Both the position numbers and the translations under genes were made by a program. A model generated the notes under the pieces. The model had not been told where the DNA came from. It worked only from the letters and a program-made list of their open reading frames with translations, and made no database searches. This document shows positions 1-8,575 of a DNA stretch of 32,802 bases, one piece after another. The stretch's first letter is position 1; each line of letters begins with the position of its first letter. The stretch lies in the sequence record SRR31156797_6926; one strand, written 5' to 3'.

Positions 1-12
1 ATTCGTTAACAT
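1..12 (-). CDS. Probable 5' end of a gene running off the left edge (MLTN...), product unknown (possibly the GerKB subunit)
   Basis: AAGGAG RBS at 23-28 (minus). ATG at 12-10 is open to the window edge, whereas ATG at 17-15 gives only M-K-C-stop. Confidence 0.35.
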
Positions 13-22
13 TTCATGTTAA

Positions 23-180
23 CTCCTTGTATTGTACCTAGATAGAAATTAACTGTTTTGCACATAACCGCTAATGTATGCCTAGTCACTAGTTATTAGT
101 GAACCAGTGACTAGCTATACTATAGCTGTGTAATGCATATATTGGCGTTGGTTTCGCTTTTACTCTATAAAAAGTTCCTT
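23..180 (-). repeat. Copy 1 of a duplicated ~150-nt non-coding leader element
   Basis: 23-84 aligns to 25256-25319 with 55/62 identities and one 2-nt gap. Weaker similarity continues to ~180. Confidence 0.85.
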
Positions 181-190
181 GTATTATTCG

Positions 191-391
191 TTAGTATTGA
201 ATACCTAAAGCATCCATAATAATTGTAACCAAGCTAGTTTCATTCATATTTGTATAATAGTAGATAGTAAATGCTATAGTAATAACAGCAAATGAAACCC
301 AGACAATCATTTCTTTCTTTAAGTTTTGTTTAGATAAACTTCGTATTTCGAAAAATCCAACAATGATTATAGTTAGAATAACGTATATCAT
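191..391 (-). CDS. Small two-TM membrane protein of the germinant receptor operon (GerKD/'D subunit'-like)
   Basis: 66 aa with two hydrophobic segments. Start overlaps the gerKC stop (ATGA). Confidence 0.75.
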   Translation of the reverse strand: MIYVILTIIIVGFFEIRSLSKQNLKKEMIVWVSFAVITIAFTIYYYTNMNETSLVTIIMDALGIQY

Positions 392-1566
392 TTTTTCTTT
401 TCCGTATTTGTTATAGGCTCATTGATATTGTAAGTACGATTAATAGTAGAATCAATTTCTAATGAAATCTGCATATTATGAAATACTTCCTTCCATGAAT
501 CTTCAAATTGTTTTGTTTCTTTTGGGTATTTATGATAAATAGCAGAGCATATTCCTATTGCATCTAATCCTCTGGACTGTAAGAAAATAATCGTTTTGGA
601 TATTTCTCTTTCTATATATTTGTTCTGTTCTTCAACTATGTATTGAATCATTTCATCTGTAAAAATATCGTCGTTGCCTTGATATTCACCAATATTAGTA
701 GTAAATTCAATTTTTATATTTGCTGATGGTAAGTCGGATGAAAATTCAGGCTCAATTTTAGTTTTACTGCTGATAATTTCTAAAGATATATTATCACCAT
801 CTTTATCCTTTACTATAATTACTCCAGATTCTATTTCGTCAATCACCCAGTTCATTCCTCGTGCCATTTTATCATCAAGATAGCAAAATAGTTTATCTTC
901 ATCAAATATACCGTATCCCCTGAGAACAATATCTTTCTTATCCTTATCTTCTTCACTTCTTTCTTTGTACATACCAGTATCTACATACGGAATATACAGA
1001 CAGCCTGTATCGTTACTTAACATTTGCATATAATTTAATATTGAAATATCAGTGCTTTCTGAAAGGTGCTCAGTATCCCCTATAAGAGAAACCAGAGTGC
1101 TATCGATTGAGTGTTTTTCAGTATTTGTAGCATTTATGAAATCATATGCTGTATATCCTCTTGCAATTAAAATGTCGCAGTTTTGATTGACTTCATGATC
1201 CCTGGACAAATAATCAAGATACTTTGCTATACCATTCTTCGCTGTTTCTTCACCAATAATAACAAAATGCATATGTCCTAGCATAATATCCCTATCAACA
1301 TAAGAGTGAAAATTTCTTATTGCATCAAACATTGTTTCTCCATTGGAAACGAATACAGAGGATGTTGGTCCACTGGAATCGGTGCCGCCTGCATGCATTA
1401 TCTCAACCAAAACTGCTGTCAGTTTAACTGATTCTCCTTCTTGATCAATGCCTAATACAGCTACAGTTTCTCGAAATTCAATTTCTGCTTTAGGTGTAAT
1501 TAAGCAGCCAGATGTACAAGTAGCTAAAAAAATTAATAGGACTAAAAACATCTTTTGTTTTAACAT
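388..1566 (-). CDS. gerKC: Ger(x)C family spore germination lipoprotein
   Basis: Signal peptide with lipobox TSG-C; motifs 'EIE...AVLGID', 'G.TMFDAIRN' and 'GH...VIIGEETAKNG...LDYLSRD'; directly downstream of gerKA. Confidence 0.92.
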   Translation of the reverse strand: MLKQKMFLVLLIFLATCTSGCLITPKAEIEFRETVAVLGIDQEGESVKLTAVLVEIMHAGGTDSSGPTSSVFVSNGETMFDAIRNFHSYVDRDIMLGHMHFVIIGEETAKNGIAKYLDYLSRDHEVNQNCDILIARGYTAYDFINATNTEKHSIDSTLVSLIGDTEHLSESTDISILNYMQMLSNDTGCLYIPYVDTGMYKERSEEDKDKKDIVLRGYGIFDEDKLFCYLDDKMARGMNWVIDEIESGVIIVKDKDGDNISLEIISSKTKIEPEFSSDLPSANIKIEFTTNIGEYQGNDDIFTDEMIQYIVEEQNKYIEREISKTIIFLQSRGLDAIGICSAIYHKYPKETKQFEDSWKEVFHNMQISLEIDSTINRTYNINEPITNTEKKK

Positions 1567-1567
1567 A

Positions 1568-3058
1568 TTATGACTGCCTCTTCTTATTCTTTGGTTTTAG
1601 GTGATAGGGGCGGAATTTCATCATAAACTGTGGTAGCCTGATAAATGAATCATCAATTTGGAATTTTCTAGCTCCTGCAAATGGTGATAAGAATGGTACA
1701 CCCAAAGATTCCAGAGTGGCAAAATGAAATAGTATAATTAAAAAGCCAACTACTATACCAACAAGACCTAGTATAGTACCAAGAATTACATTTGCAAGCA
1801 AACATATCCATAGAGAGAAGTTCATTTGCTTATTGGGAATAGCTAGACTGGCAATAGCAGAGCCAGCAATTACGACAATAACGCCGGGTGAGACCAGCTT
1901 TGCATTAATTGCCGCTTCTCCTAATACAAGACCTCCAACTATTGATATAGTTGCATTAATTGAAGCTGGTATTCTACTACTTGCTTGAATTAATGTGAAA
2001 AATGTAAATATCATAAATAGTATTTCCACAAAAATCGGAAATGGTGTTTCTATCTTTGATACAGAAATTGCATATAGTAAGGATTGAGGTATCATTTCTG
2101 GGTGAAATCGTGTAAGTGCAACATAAAATCCCGGCAGTATAATTGATATGAAAAATAATACATAAGTTAAAAATCTAAACATAGATGATACAATATAGTT
2201 TGTTCCATATTCTGTAGTAGTCTGGAACATGTCTGCAATTACTACTGGCATTACCAGCCCATATGGAAGCCCATCTACAATAACACAAACTTTACCTTCT
2301 AGTAAGCTTGCCGCTACAGCATCTGGCTTTTCTGTAGATTGGACTAGAGGGAACAGAGTATATTTATTATCAGATAAATGAGGTACTATATCGGATAAAA
2401 ATGCGATTCTGTCTACCTGCAAATCATTTAGTTTTCGCTTTACAGTCTCAACAAATTCCATATTACAGATATTTCTCATATACAAAACAGATATTTGAGT
2501 ATTTGTCTGTGTTCCAAAGGTACTTTCTTCAATAGTTAAGTTTGGATTTTTTATTATCAGTCGTACGAGGGAGGTATTTGTTCTTAAGTTTTCTACAAAA
2601 CCCAGCTTCGAACCAAATTCACTGCCTTCTTCCTTTGATTCTCCTAATGCACGTACTTCATATCCTCTGGTTTCAAATGCAATTGCCTTTTCTTCGCTGT
2701 CAAATAAAAGCAGAGAAAAACCAGACATTAGCATATTTAATGCTTCTTCAGCATTATCCATCACTTTTGTTGTAGGGAAATAGGCAGCTCCGTCTAGGAT
2801 TCTGATTATTGCTGTTTTTTCAGATTTTACATCTTTAAGTATATCATTAATATTAATAGGTTTTAAAATAAAATCACTAACCTTGTCAATATCAGTCAGA
2901 CCATCAATGAAAATTATTGTAAGAGGCAGCTTTTTGTTACCGCATACAAAAGTTTGCTTATATACGATATCGTTACTTTCACCCAAAATCGACTTTAAGT
3001 TTTCTAATGTAACTTTTATGTTTTTTGATTCTTCATTTTTCTCTTGACTATTATTCAT
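1568..3058 (-). CDS. gerKA: GerA family spore germination receptor subunit A
   Basis: Motifs 'GFVENLRTNTSLVR', 'TEKPD..AASLLEGKV...VDG.P', 'FHPEMIP' and 'SIVGGLVLGEAA..A.LVSP'. Confidence 0.95.
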   Translation of the reverse strand: MNNSQEKNEESKNIKVTLENLKSILGESNDIVYKQTFVCGNKKLPLTIIFIDGLTDIDKVSDFILKPININDILKDVKSEKTAIIRILDGAAYFPTTKVMDNAEEALNMLMSGFSLLLFDSEEKAIAFETRGYEVRALGESKEEGSEFGSKLGFVENLRTNTSLVRLIIKNPNLTIEESTFGTQTNTQISVLYMRNICNMEFVETVKRKLNDLQVDRIAFLSDIVPHLSDNKYTLFPLVQSTEKPDAVAASLLEGKVCVIVDGLPYGLVMPVVIADMFQTTTEYGTNYIVSSMFRFLTYVLFFISIILPGFYVALTRFHPEMIPQSLLYAISVSKIETPFPIFVEILFMIFTFFTLIQASSRIPASINATISIVGGLVLGEAAINAKLVSPGVIVVIAGSAIASLAIPNKQMNFSLWICLLANVILGTILGLVGIVVGFLIILFHFATLESLGVPFLSPFAGARKFQIDDSFIRLPQFMMKFRPYHLKPKNKKRQS

Positions 3059-3089
3059 AAAATTTCCTTAATTCTAAGTCTTTTGTGAT

Positions 3090-3118
3090 TATTATTGGTA
3101 AGCACAGGAAAAATATTC
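3090..3118 (-). promoter_or_regulatory. Putative sigma-G (forespore) promoter of the ger operon
   Basis: Minus strand GAATA-N17-AATAATA resembles the SigG consensus (GHATA-N17/18-CATAHTA). It lies ~30 nt upstream of gerKA, and ger operons are typically SigG-controlled. Confidence 0.55.
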
Positions 3119-3328
3119 AATAAAAATCGATTTAACTATTAATTATCTATATTAGAATCATCATTAGGTTATTTTATATTATGAATTTGAATATACCTTG
3201 TTTTAGTAATATGCTATTTATAAATAAATATAGAATACAAAATAAGTATATTTATTGTAGCAAAAAATGTTTTGTGTTAAGCTAATTATAAAGACTTATA
3301 TATATTGATATTTGAAGATGCGGAAATT

Positions 3329-3808
3329 ATGAGTTTATATAATACAAATATACATATAGCCAATATGAGTGGTGAGGTAAAAAACATATCTTCATATAAA
3401 GGTAAAATTTTGGTGATTGTAAATACTGCCAGCAAATGCGGATTCACACCTCAGTTTGAAGGACTAGAGCAATTATACGAAAAGTTTAAAAATGATGGTG
3501 TTTTGGTTCTAGGCTTTCCGTGCAATCAGTTTAAGCAGCAGGATCCAGGTACAAATGATGAGATACTTGACTTTTGCAAAGTTAATTATGGAGTTACATT
3601 CCAGATGTTTCAGAAAATTGAGGTTAACGGAGAGAATAGACATCAGTTATATGAATACTTGATAGAAAATGCACCGCAAAGAACGGGTACAGATATTAGA
3701 TGGAATTTTGAGAAATTCATAATTGATAGAGAAGGCAATGTTGTAAATAGATTTGGATCACCTAAATTACCTAAGAATATAGAAAAATTAATTGAAAAAT
3801 TATTATAA
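3329..3808 (+). CDS. gpx: Glutathione peroxidase family protein (Cys-type)
   Basis: Motifs 'VNTASKCGFTPQ', 'LGFPCNQF..QDPG' and 'IRWNFEKF'. ATG 3329 preferred over the upstream TTG. Confidence 0.95.
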   Translation: MSLYNTNIHIANMSGEVKNISSYKGKILVIVNTASKCGFTPQFEGLEQLYEKFKNDGVLVLGFPCNQFKQQDPGTNDEILDFCKVNYGVTFQMFQKIEVNGENRHQLYEYLIENAPQRTGTDIRWNFEKFIIDREGNVVNRFGSPKLPKNIEKLIEKLL

Positions 3809-3820
3809 TAGGAGGATTAT

Positions 3821-4159
3821 ATGGATAAATATGTATTTTTTACATTTAAGGGACAAAGCATGTGTTTCATTCATGTTTTACTTAATGCAATTGACATGAA
3901 AGAAAAAGGTATGGACGTAAAAATTGTAATGGAAGGAGAGTCAGTAAAGTTAATTAAAGAGCTTAATGATTCAAACAATCAACTATTTACAAAAGCAGTA
4001 GAGATGGGATTAATAGATTGCGTTTGTAAGGCTTGCTCTGCAAAAATGGATGTATTGGAATACAATGACTTTTCAAATATTTTGGTTAGCGGAGATATGA
4101 ACGGACACCCATCAATGGAATCGTATCTTAAGAAAGGCTATAAGATAATTACTATTTAA
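3821..4159 (+). CDS. DsrE/DsrF-like small redox or sulfur-relay protein
   Basis: AGGAGG RBS; motifs 'MCFIHVLLNA', 'KIVMEGESVK', 'CVCKACS' and 'GHPSM..Y...GY.IIT'. Confidence 0.75.
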   Translation: MDKYVFFTFKGQSMCFIHVLLNAIDMKEKGMDVKIVMEGESVKLIKELNDSNNQLFTKAVEMGLIDCVCKACSAKMDVLEYNDFSNILVSGDMNGHPSMESYLKKGYKIITI

Positions 4160-4165
4160 GTTATA

Positions 4166-4196
4166 AGACCACCCTGGAAGGTGGTCTCTCTCTTTT
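4166..4196 (+). terminator. Intrinsic terminator between convergent genes
   Basis: AGACCACC-ctggaa-GGTGGTCT stem followed by a pyrimidine-rich tail. Confidence 0.7.
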
Positions 4197-4211
4197 AATT
4201 CAGCTCAGTAT

Positions 4212-6482
4212 TTACTTGAAGTAGTTTACTAAGTATACAAGTGGTGAGTTCCAATATATAGCTATTTCGTTGGTGGAGAAGCTGGATTCACTGTCTGCAT
4301 AGCATTGGGCATGAGGTCTGTTCGCTAATTCATATTTTGCATATGAATCTTCTTTATCAAAATTTGGTCCGCCTACAACAAGTCCGGGAAATGCTTTGCC
4401 CACAGTTTGAACAATTCTATGATGCGGGCGTTCTGCAGCATTTGTACCAAATCCGGTAATATATGAAATTCCAAGAGCGTTTTTACCCAAGAGATAGTTT
4501 AGCTGTTCAAATGCAGTATCAACATAAATACTGTTATTCTCACAATCATTTGCTATTAACAGCAGCATTGCATTATCGGCGACAATTCCATTGCTGCCCC
4601 AAACATATTGGGATTTGTGCAGTGTAGTTTGATACATGTCTTTGCGGCTATCGAGTACGATGTCATCTGCTGTACTTATCAATGTCTCTTTCATTTCTGT
4701 GTAAAGTGCTTTATCCTGCATTTCCTCAGGAAGCTTGAGGTACGCAAAGACACCATATAATCCCATTGAAGCCCAGCTCATGCCAGTTTCTATTTCATTA
4801 TTCTTTAGATAATCGTGATACTTTTCATCTTTTGTTATGCTGTATAATTCAGCTGCAGCCCAAAATCTTTCATCGTTTGAGCTTGAGTCCCCATACTCAC
4901 CAGTGGATATATTTGAAGGATTCTGGAAGCCATGTGCATCTGGATTGTCTTCTAGCCATTTCCAAGCTAGTAGTGCACGTTCAATACATGTATCGGCAAA
5001 ATCTTCATCTATTTCTCTGTACATCCTAGAAGCCTTTGCCATAACAGCTGCAAAATCCGCTGTTGCCATTGCAGATACCGGAGAGATGTATTGCTTTTCT
5101 GTAATTTCATCCGGCATATGATCATAGGTAAATGTTGCAGTTGAGACTTTGTGATATACTCCGCCTGTGGAAGTATCCTGCATCTTCAGGAACATATCTA
5201 GTTCATACCGTACTTCATCCAAAATATCTGGTATACTATTACCTGATTCGGCAATGCCATTATTGTCAGAATAGATACTGGGATTTCGTTCATAAGACAG
5301 CATTAGGTCTATGACTGCCTTTGAGCCAGGAGTTATATACCTGCCAAAGTCGCCAGCATCATGCCAGCCACCCGTTACATCTTTCATGATGCCAGAATCT
5401 ATAATCTCTGCTTCGTTTGTATGACATGCACCATGTGCAAAATCACCAACTAAATCTGATGTAAGATCCATTGAACATCTCTGATAGTAGAACATTTTCA
5501 TTACTGCTGATGATAATTCATCATAGACAGTTGGTGAGATATCAAAGTCATAAGAGCTTTCGTAACCATCTACTTCAATATGATATCTTCCTGATTCAGA
5601 AAGCATAGAGAAGTCCCCAAGCCTTATAATTTCACCGCTTATAGGATTCTCATATGGCTCACCCATACTGCCAATTAAGACAACTTCACTAGTATCAGAA
5701 ACAATTTTGAATTCACTTATTTCAGTATCAATATTTGCAAATGCAGCTATTTTTACGTCACTTGGTTTGTAGCCAACTTGATTTATTCTGATATTATTTT
5801 CAACATCCAATTTACTTAGTACAAAGGGTATTTGGACATCATCAGTTTTTTTAAGTGAAACATTATCAATTCTAATTTCATGTGTTTCTAGGCTGCTATC
5901 ATCAGTTTTACCAAGCAGAAAAGTAAGAGTACATGAAGTATCAGTTGGATAATCCATGATAAAATCCATTGTAAATGTAGAAGATTCTTCGGTTATTTTA
6001 ATATCTGACTGAAAATATTGTGTGTAAGGATCGCTGCTTTTTTGCAGGCTGACTATGCCAGTGCGTAAAGTAGTAGATGATGCATCGAATTCTAATGTGT
6101 AGCTTATTCCTTTTTTTAGAGTAATTTCATTTTGTAAGAGCTGAACGGCGTGTTCTGTGTCACCTGTATTATCAATTTTTAGTAATGCATCTTCCTCAGA
6201 ATCGACTAATTCACATAAAGCATCTTCTGTATAAATATTCCACCCATCGTGTTCATTGCTGAAATTACCATTTGATATCATTTCTGTGGGTATATCCATT
6301 GTCATGTCGGAAATTCTTGTACTTACATTTTGAACAATTATATTATCTTCAGGTGATTCAGTTGATTGAATATTATTATTTTCAGATAAGTTATCTCCAA
6401 TATTCGTATTCTCACATCCGTAGAATATAATCAGCGTTATAAATAATAGTGCTATAAGTAATGTAATGCTCTTCATCTTCAT
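4212..6482 (-). CDS. Lipoprotein glycoside hydrolase family 9 (CBM4/9 + Ig-like + GH9 catalytic domain)
   Basis: GAGG RBS before ATG 6482; lipobox FYG-C; CBM4-like 'NGNFS...W'; Ig-like 'IRINQVGY'; GH9 motifs 'GGWHDAGD', 'RPHHR' and 'NEIAIYWNS'. Confidence 0.93.
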   Translation of the reverse strand: MKMKSITLLIALLFITLIIFYGCENTNIGDNLSENNNIQSTESPEDNIIVQNVSTRISDMTMDIPTEMISNGNFSNEHDGWNIYTEDALCELVDSEEDALLKIDNTGDTEHAVQLLQNEITLKKGISYTLEFDASSTTLRTGIVSLQKSSDPYTQYFQSDIKITEESSTFTMDFIMDYPTDTSCTLTFLLGKTDDSSLETHEIRIDNVSLKKTDDVQIPFVLSKLDVENNIRINQVGYKPSDVKIAAFANIDTEISEFKIVSDTSEVVLIGSMGEPYENPISGEIIRLGDFSMLSESGRYHIEVDGYESSYDFDISPTVYDELSSAVMKMFYYQRCSMDLTSDLVGDFAHGACHTNEAEIIDSGIMKDVTGGWHDAGDFGRYITPGSKAVIDLMLSYERNPSIYSDNNGIAESGNSIPDILDEVRYELDMFLKMQDTSTGGVYHKVSTATFTYDHMPDEITEKQYISPVSAMATADFAAVMAKASRMYREIDEDFADTCIERALLAWKWLEDNPDAHGFQNPSNISTGEYGDSSSNDERFWAAAELYSITKDEKYHDYLKNNEIETGMSWASMGLYGVFAYLKLPEEMQDKALYTEMKETLISTADDIVLDSRKDMYQTTLHKSQYVWGSNGIVADNAMLLLIANDCENNSIYVDTAFEQLNYLLGKNALGISYITGFGTNAAERPHHRIVQTVGKAFPGLVVGGPNFDKEDSYAKYELANRPHAQCYADSESSFSTNEIAIYWNSPLVYLVNYFK

Positions 6483-6536
6483 AATAAACCTCAAAAATAT
6501 ATAATAAAGTGTATAGATATAAATAAGTATATTTTT

Positions 6537-6565
6537 ATAGTAGCACTTTAGTATTTCCTTGTAAA
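6537..6565 (-). promoter_or_regulatory. Putative sigma-A promoter of the GH9 gene
   Basis: TTTACA-N17-TACTAT with extended -10 TG. Confidence 0.5.
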
Positions 6566-6749
6566 TAATAGAAAACATTTCATATGAAATAGCTTGATTG
6601 CTTTCGGTGATTTTAGTTAAATTATAAATAATACAGCGTATTTATTTCTATTATTCTATTATAATATATAAAATAGAGTTTCTTGATTTCTTTACTACTA
6701 CACAAATAAATGCTATATTTATTACATTATCAGCAGTAAGGGGATAATA

Positions 6750-7313
6750 ATGAAATACGGATTTTCGATAGAATTATTATTTAATAAAGAATTTAATGAT
6801 TGCATAAGGTACATTTGGAAGCAGTGTGCTGATAGTAATTATTCTGATTATTTTCTAAAAATAAAAGGTGACATAGTGCCGCATATTGCACTAAGTGTCT
6901 ATGAAGACATAAATAAAAGTGAAATAATGGAGCTATTTGATAGATATAAAAGTATTGATGAAAACAGGTCATCATTTCAAACATCTTCTGTCTGTCTATT
7001 TAAGGCAACAAATGTAACTTATTTAAATGTAAATGTTAATCGGAATATGCTGAATTACTTTGAAAATGTATACTACTTTTTTTCTGAAATATCAGATAAA
7101 TGCAGTAAATATTATCTTCCTAGCGTAATCGTTCCTCACATAACAATTGGCAGAAACAAAAATTTGGATGACGCAAAAAAATGCTGGAATTTCGTTACAG
7201 ATATTTTTACTCCACAGGAATTGTTAATAGAAAAAATCGGTTTGTATGAATTAAAAGGGGGAAAAGATTCTTTTGATGAAGCAATTAAATTGGATGAGAA
7301 AATACTAAAATAA
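6750..7313 (+). CDS. 2H phosphoesterase (2'-5' RNA ligase family) protein
   Basis: Two spaced motifs, PHIAL and PHITIG; 187 aa; AAGGGA RBS. Confidence 0.8.
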   Translation: MKYGFSIELLFNKEFNDCIRYIWKQCADSNYSDYFLKIKGDIVPHIALSVYEDINKSEIMELFDRYKSIDENRSSFQTSSVCLFKATNVTYLNVNVNRNMLNYFENVYYFFSEISDKCSKYYLPSVIVPHITIGRNKNLDDAKKCWNFVTDIFTPQELLIEKIGLYELKGGKDSFDEAIKLDEKILK

Positions 7314-7347
7314 AAAAGTTCTGGTAAAAATACTATACCAGAACTTT
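7312..7347. terminator. Bidirectional intrinsic terminator
   Basis: Perfect 12-bp stem AAAGTTCTGGTA/TACCAGAACTTT between convergent genes. Confidence 0.85.
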
Positions 7348-7357
7348 GCTGGATTTC

Positions 7358-8386
7358 TTAAATTGAATTAGCGATGTCAAAAACCAATTCTTTAGTTGCG
7401 TTCCATCCTAAGCAAGGATCAGTAATAGACTTACCATATACATTGTTGCCGATTGGCTGAGAACCTTCCTCTAAGTAGCTTTCAATCATTAATCCTTTTA
7501 TCATTTTGTTCAAAATCTCATTATAATTCTTACTCTTCATAATTTCCATGGCTATTCTAGGCTGCTCCATATATTGCTTTGCAGAGTTTGAATGATTGCA
7601 ATCAACTATAATAGCTGGGTTTATTAGATTTCTTTCTTCATATTTTTCTGCTAGATTAATAAGATCCTCATAATGATAGTTCGGAATGCTTCTGCCATAT
7701 GAATCTACACATCCCCTAAGAATGGCATGAGCGAACTCGTTGCCAGTGGTTTCTACCTCAGTACCGTTGTAGATGAATCTATGCTGAATCTGTGCGGCCT
7801 TAATGGAGTTAAGCATAACTGATAAATCTCCAGAAGTTGGATTCTTCATACCAACTGGAGTATCTATTCCGCTGGCTGTTAACCTATGCTGCTGATTCTC
7901 TACTGAACGAGCACCAATTGCATTATATGCTAATAAATCAGTCAGATAAGCATAATTTTCTGGATAAAGCATCTCGTCTGCTGCTGGCATATGATAATCT
8001 TTTAGTGCTTTTATATGCAGACTTCTTATAGCCTTAACGCCTTCACAGAGGTCAGTTTTCTTTTCAGGATCAGGTTGATGAACCATTCCTTTGTAACCCT
8101 CGCCGGTTGTCCTTGGCTTATTTGTATATATGCGAGGTATGATTACCAGTTTATCATTAACTTTATCCTGAAGTACTTTTAGTCTGCCTATATACTCAAG
8201 TACTGCTTTTTCGTTATCTGCTGAACATGGACCGATTATTAGTATTAGCCTTTTATCAGAGCCGAGCAGTATATTCTTGATATCATCTATTCGTTTTTTT
8301 CGGATTTCAACCAGGCCTTTGTCCAGAGGAAGTAAATCCATGATTTGATTTGCTGTTGGTAATTTTTTAAGTACTGAAAAACTCAT
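7358..8386 (-). CDS. aroF: 3-deoxy-7-phosphoheptulonate (DAHP) synthase, class I-alpha
   Basis: Motifs 'IIGPCS', 'KPRTTG.GYKG', 'IGARS.E.Q.HR..ASG', 'GMKN', 'DCNHSNS' and 'YGKSITDPCLGW'. The aroF/G/H paralog type cannot be resolved. Confidence 0.93.
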   Translation of the reverse strand: MSFSVLKKLPTANQIMDLLPLDKGLVEIRKKRIDDIKNILLGSDKRLILIIGPCSADNEKAVLEYIGRLKVLQDKVNDKLVIIPRIYTNKPRTTGEGYKGMVHQPDPEKKTDLCEGVKAIRSLHIKALKDYHMPAADEMLYPENYAYLTDLLAYNAIGARSVENQQHRLTASGIDTPVGMKNPTSGDLSVMLNSIKAAQIQHRFIYNGTEVETTGNEFAHAILRGCVDSYGRSIPNYHYEDLINLAEKYEERNLINPAIIVDCNHSNSAKQYMEQPRIAMEIMKSKNYNEILNKMIKGLMIESYLEEGSQPIGNNVYGKSITDPCLGWNATKELVFDIANSI

Positions 8387-8575
8387 TTTAAACCTCAGTT
8401 AGTTATTTTGTATTCTTTGATATTGTCCAATATACATACAGTTTAGGGTATTTTACCATTTTTTTTAACTAATAACTACCCTTAGTGTAAAAAATAACAG
8501 CATTTTTGTATGGTAACAAAATACAGACTTATAAAAATAAGCCTGCATTATAATTTCTTTATGATTTAACAGCTA

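Noticed and set aside
23-180. Duplicated element as a MITE, IS end or CRISPR repeat
   Set aside because: No terminal inverted repeats, transposase, regular repeat-spacer period or cas genes. Both copies are positioned exactly as 5' leaders.
3437-3439. Possible selenocysteine in glutathione peroxidase
   Set aside because: The active-site codon is TGC (Cys), and there is no in-frame TGA.
6483-6578. 32-aa N-terminal extension of GH9 in the ORF track
   Set aside because: It overlaps the predicted promoter. The SD and signal peptide fit ATG 6482.
6575-6592. parS-like palindrome
   Set aside because: About five mismatches to TGTTTCACGTGAAACA, including the central CG.
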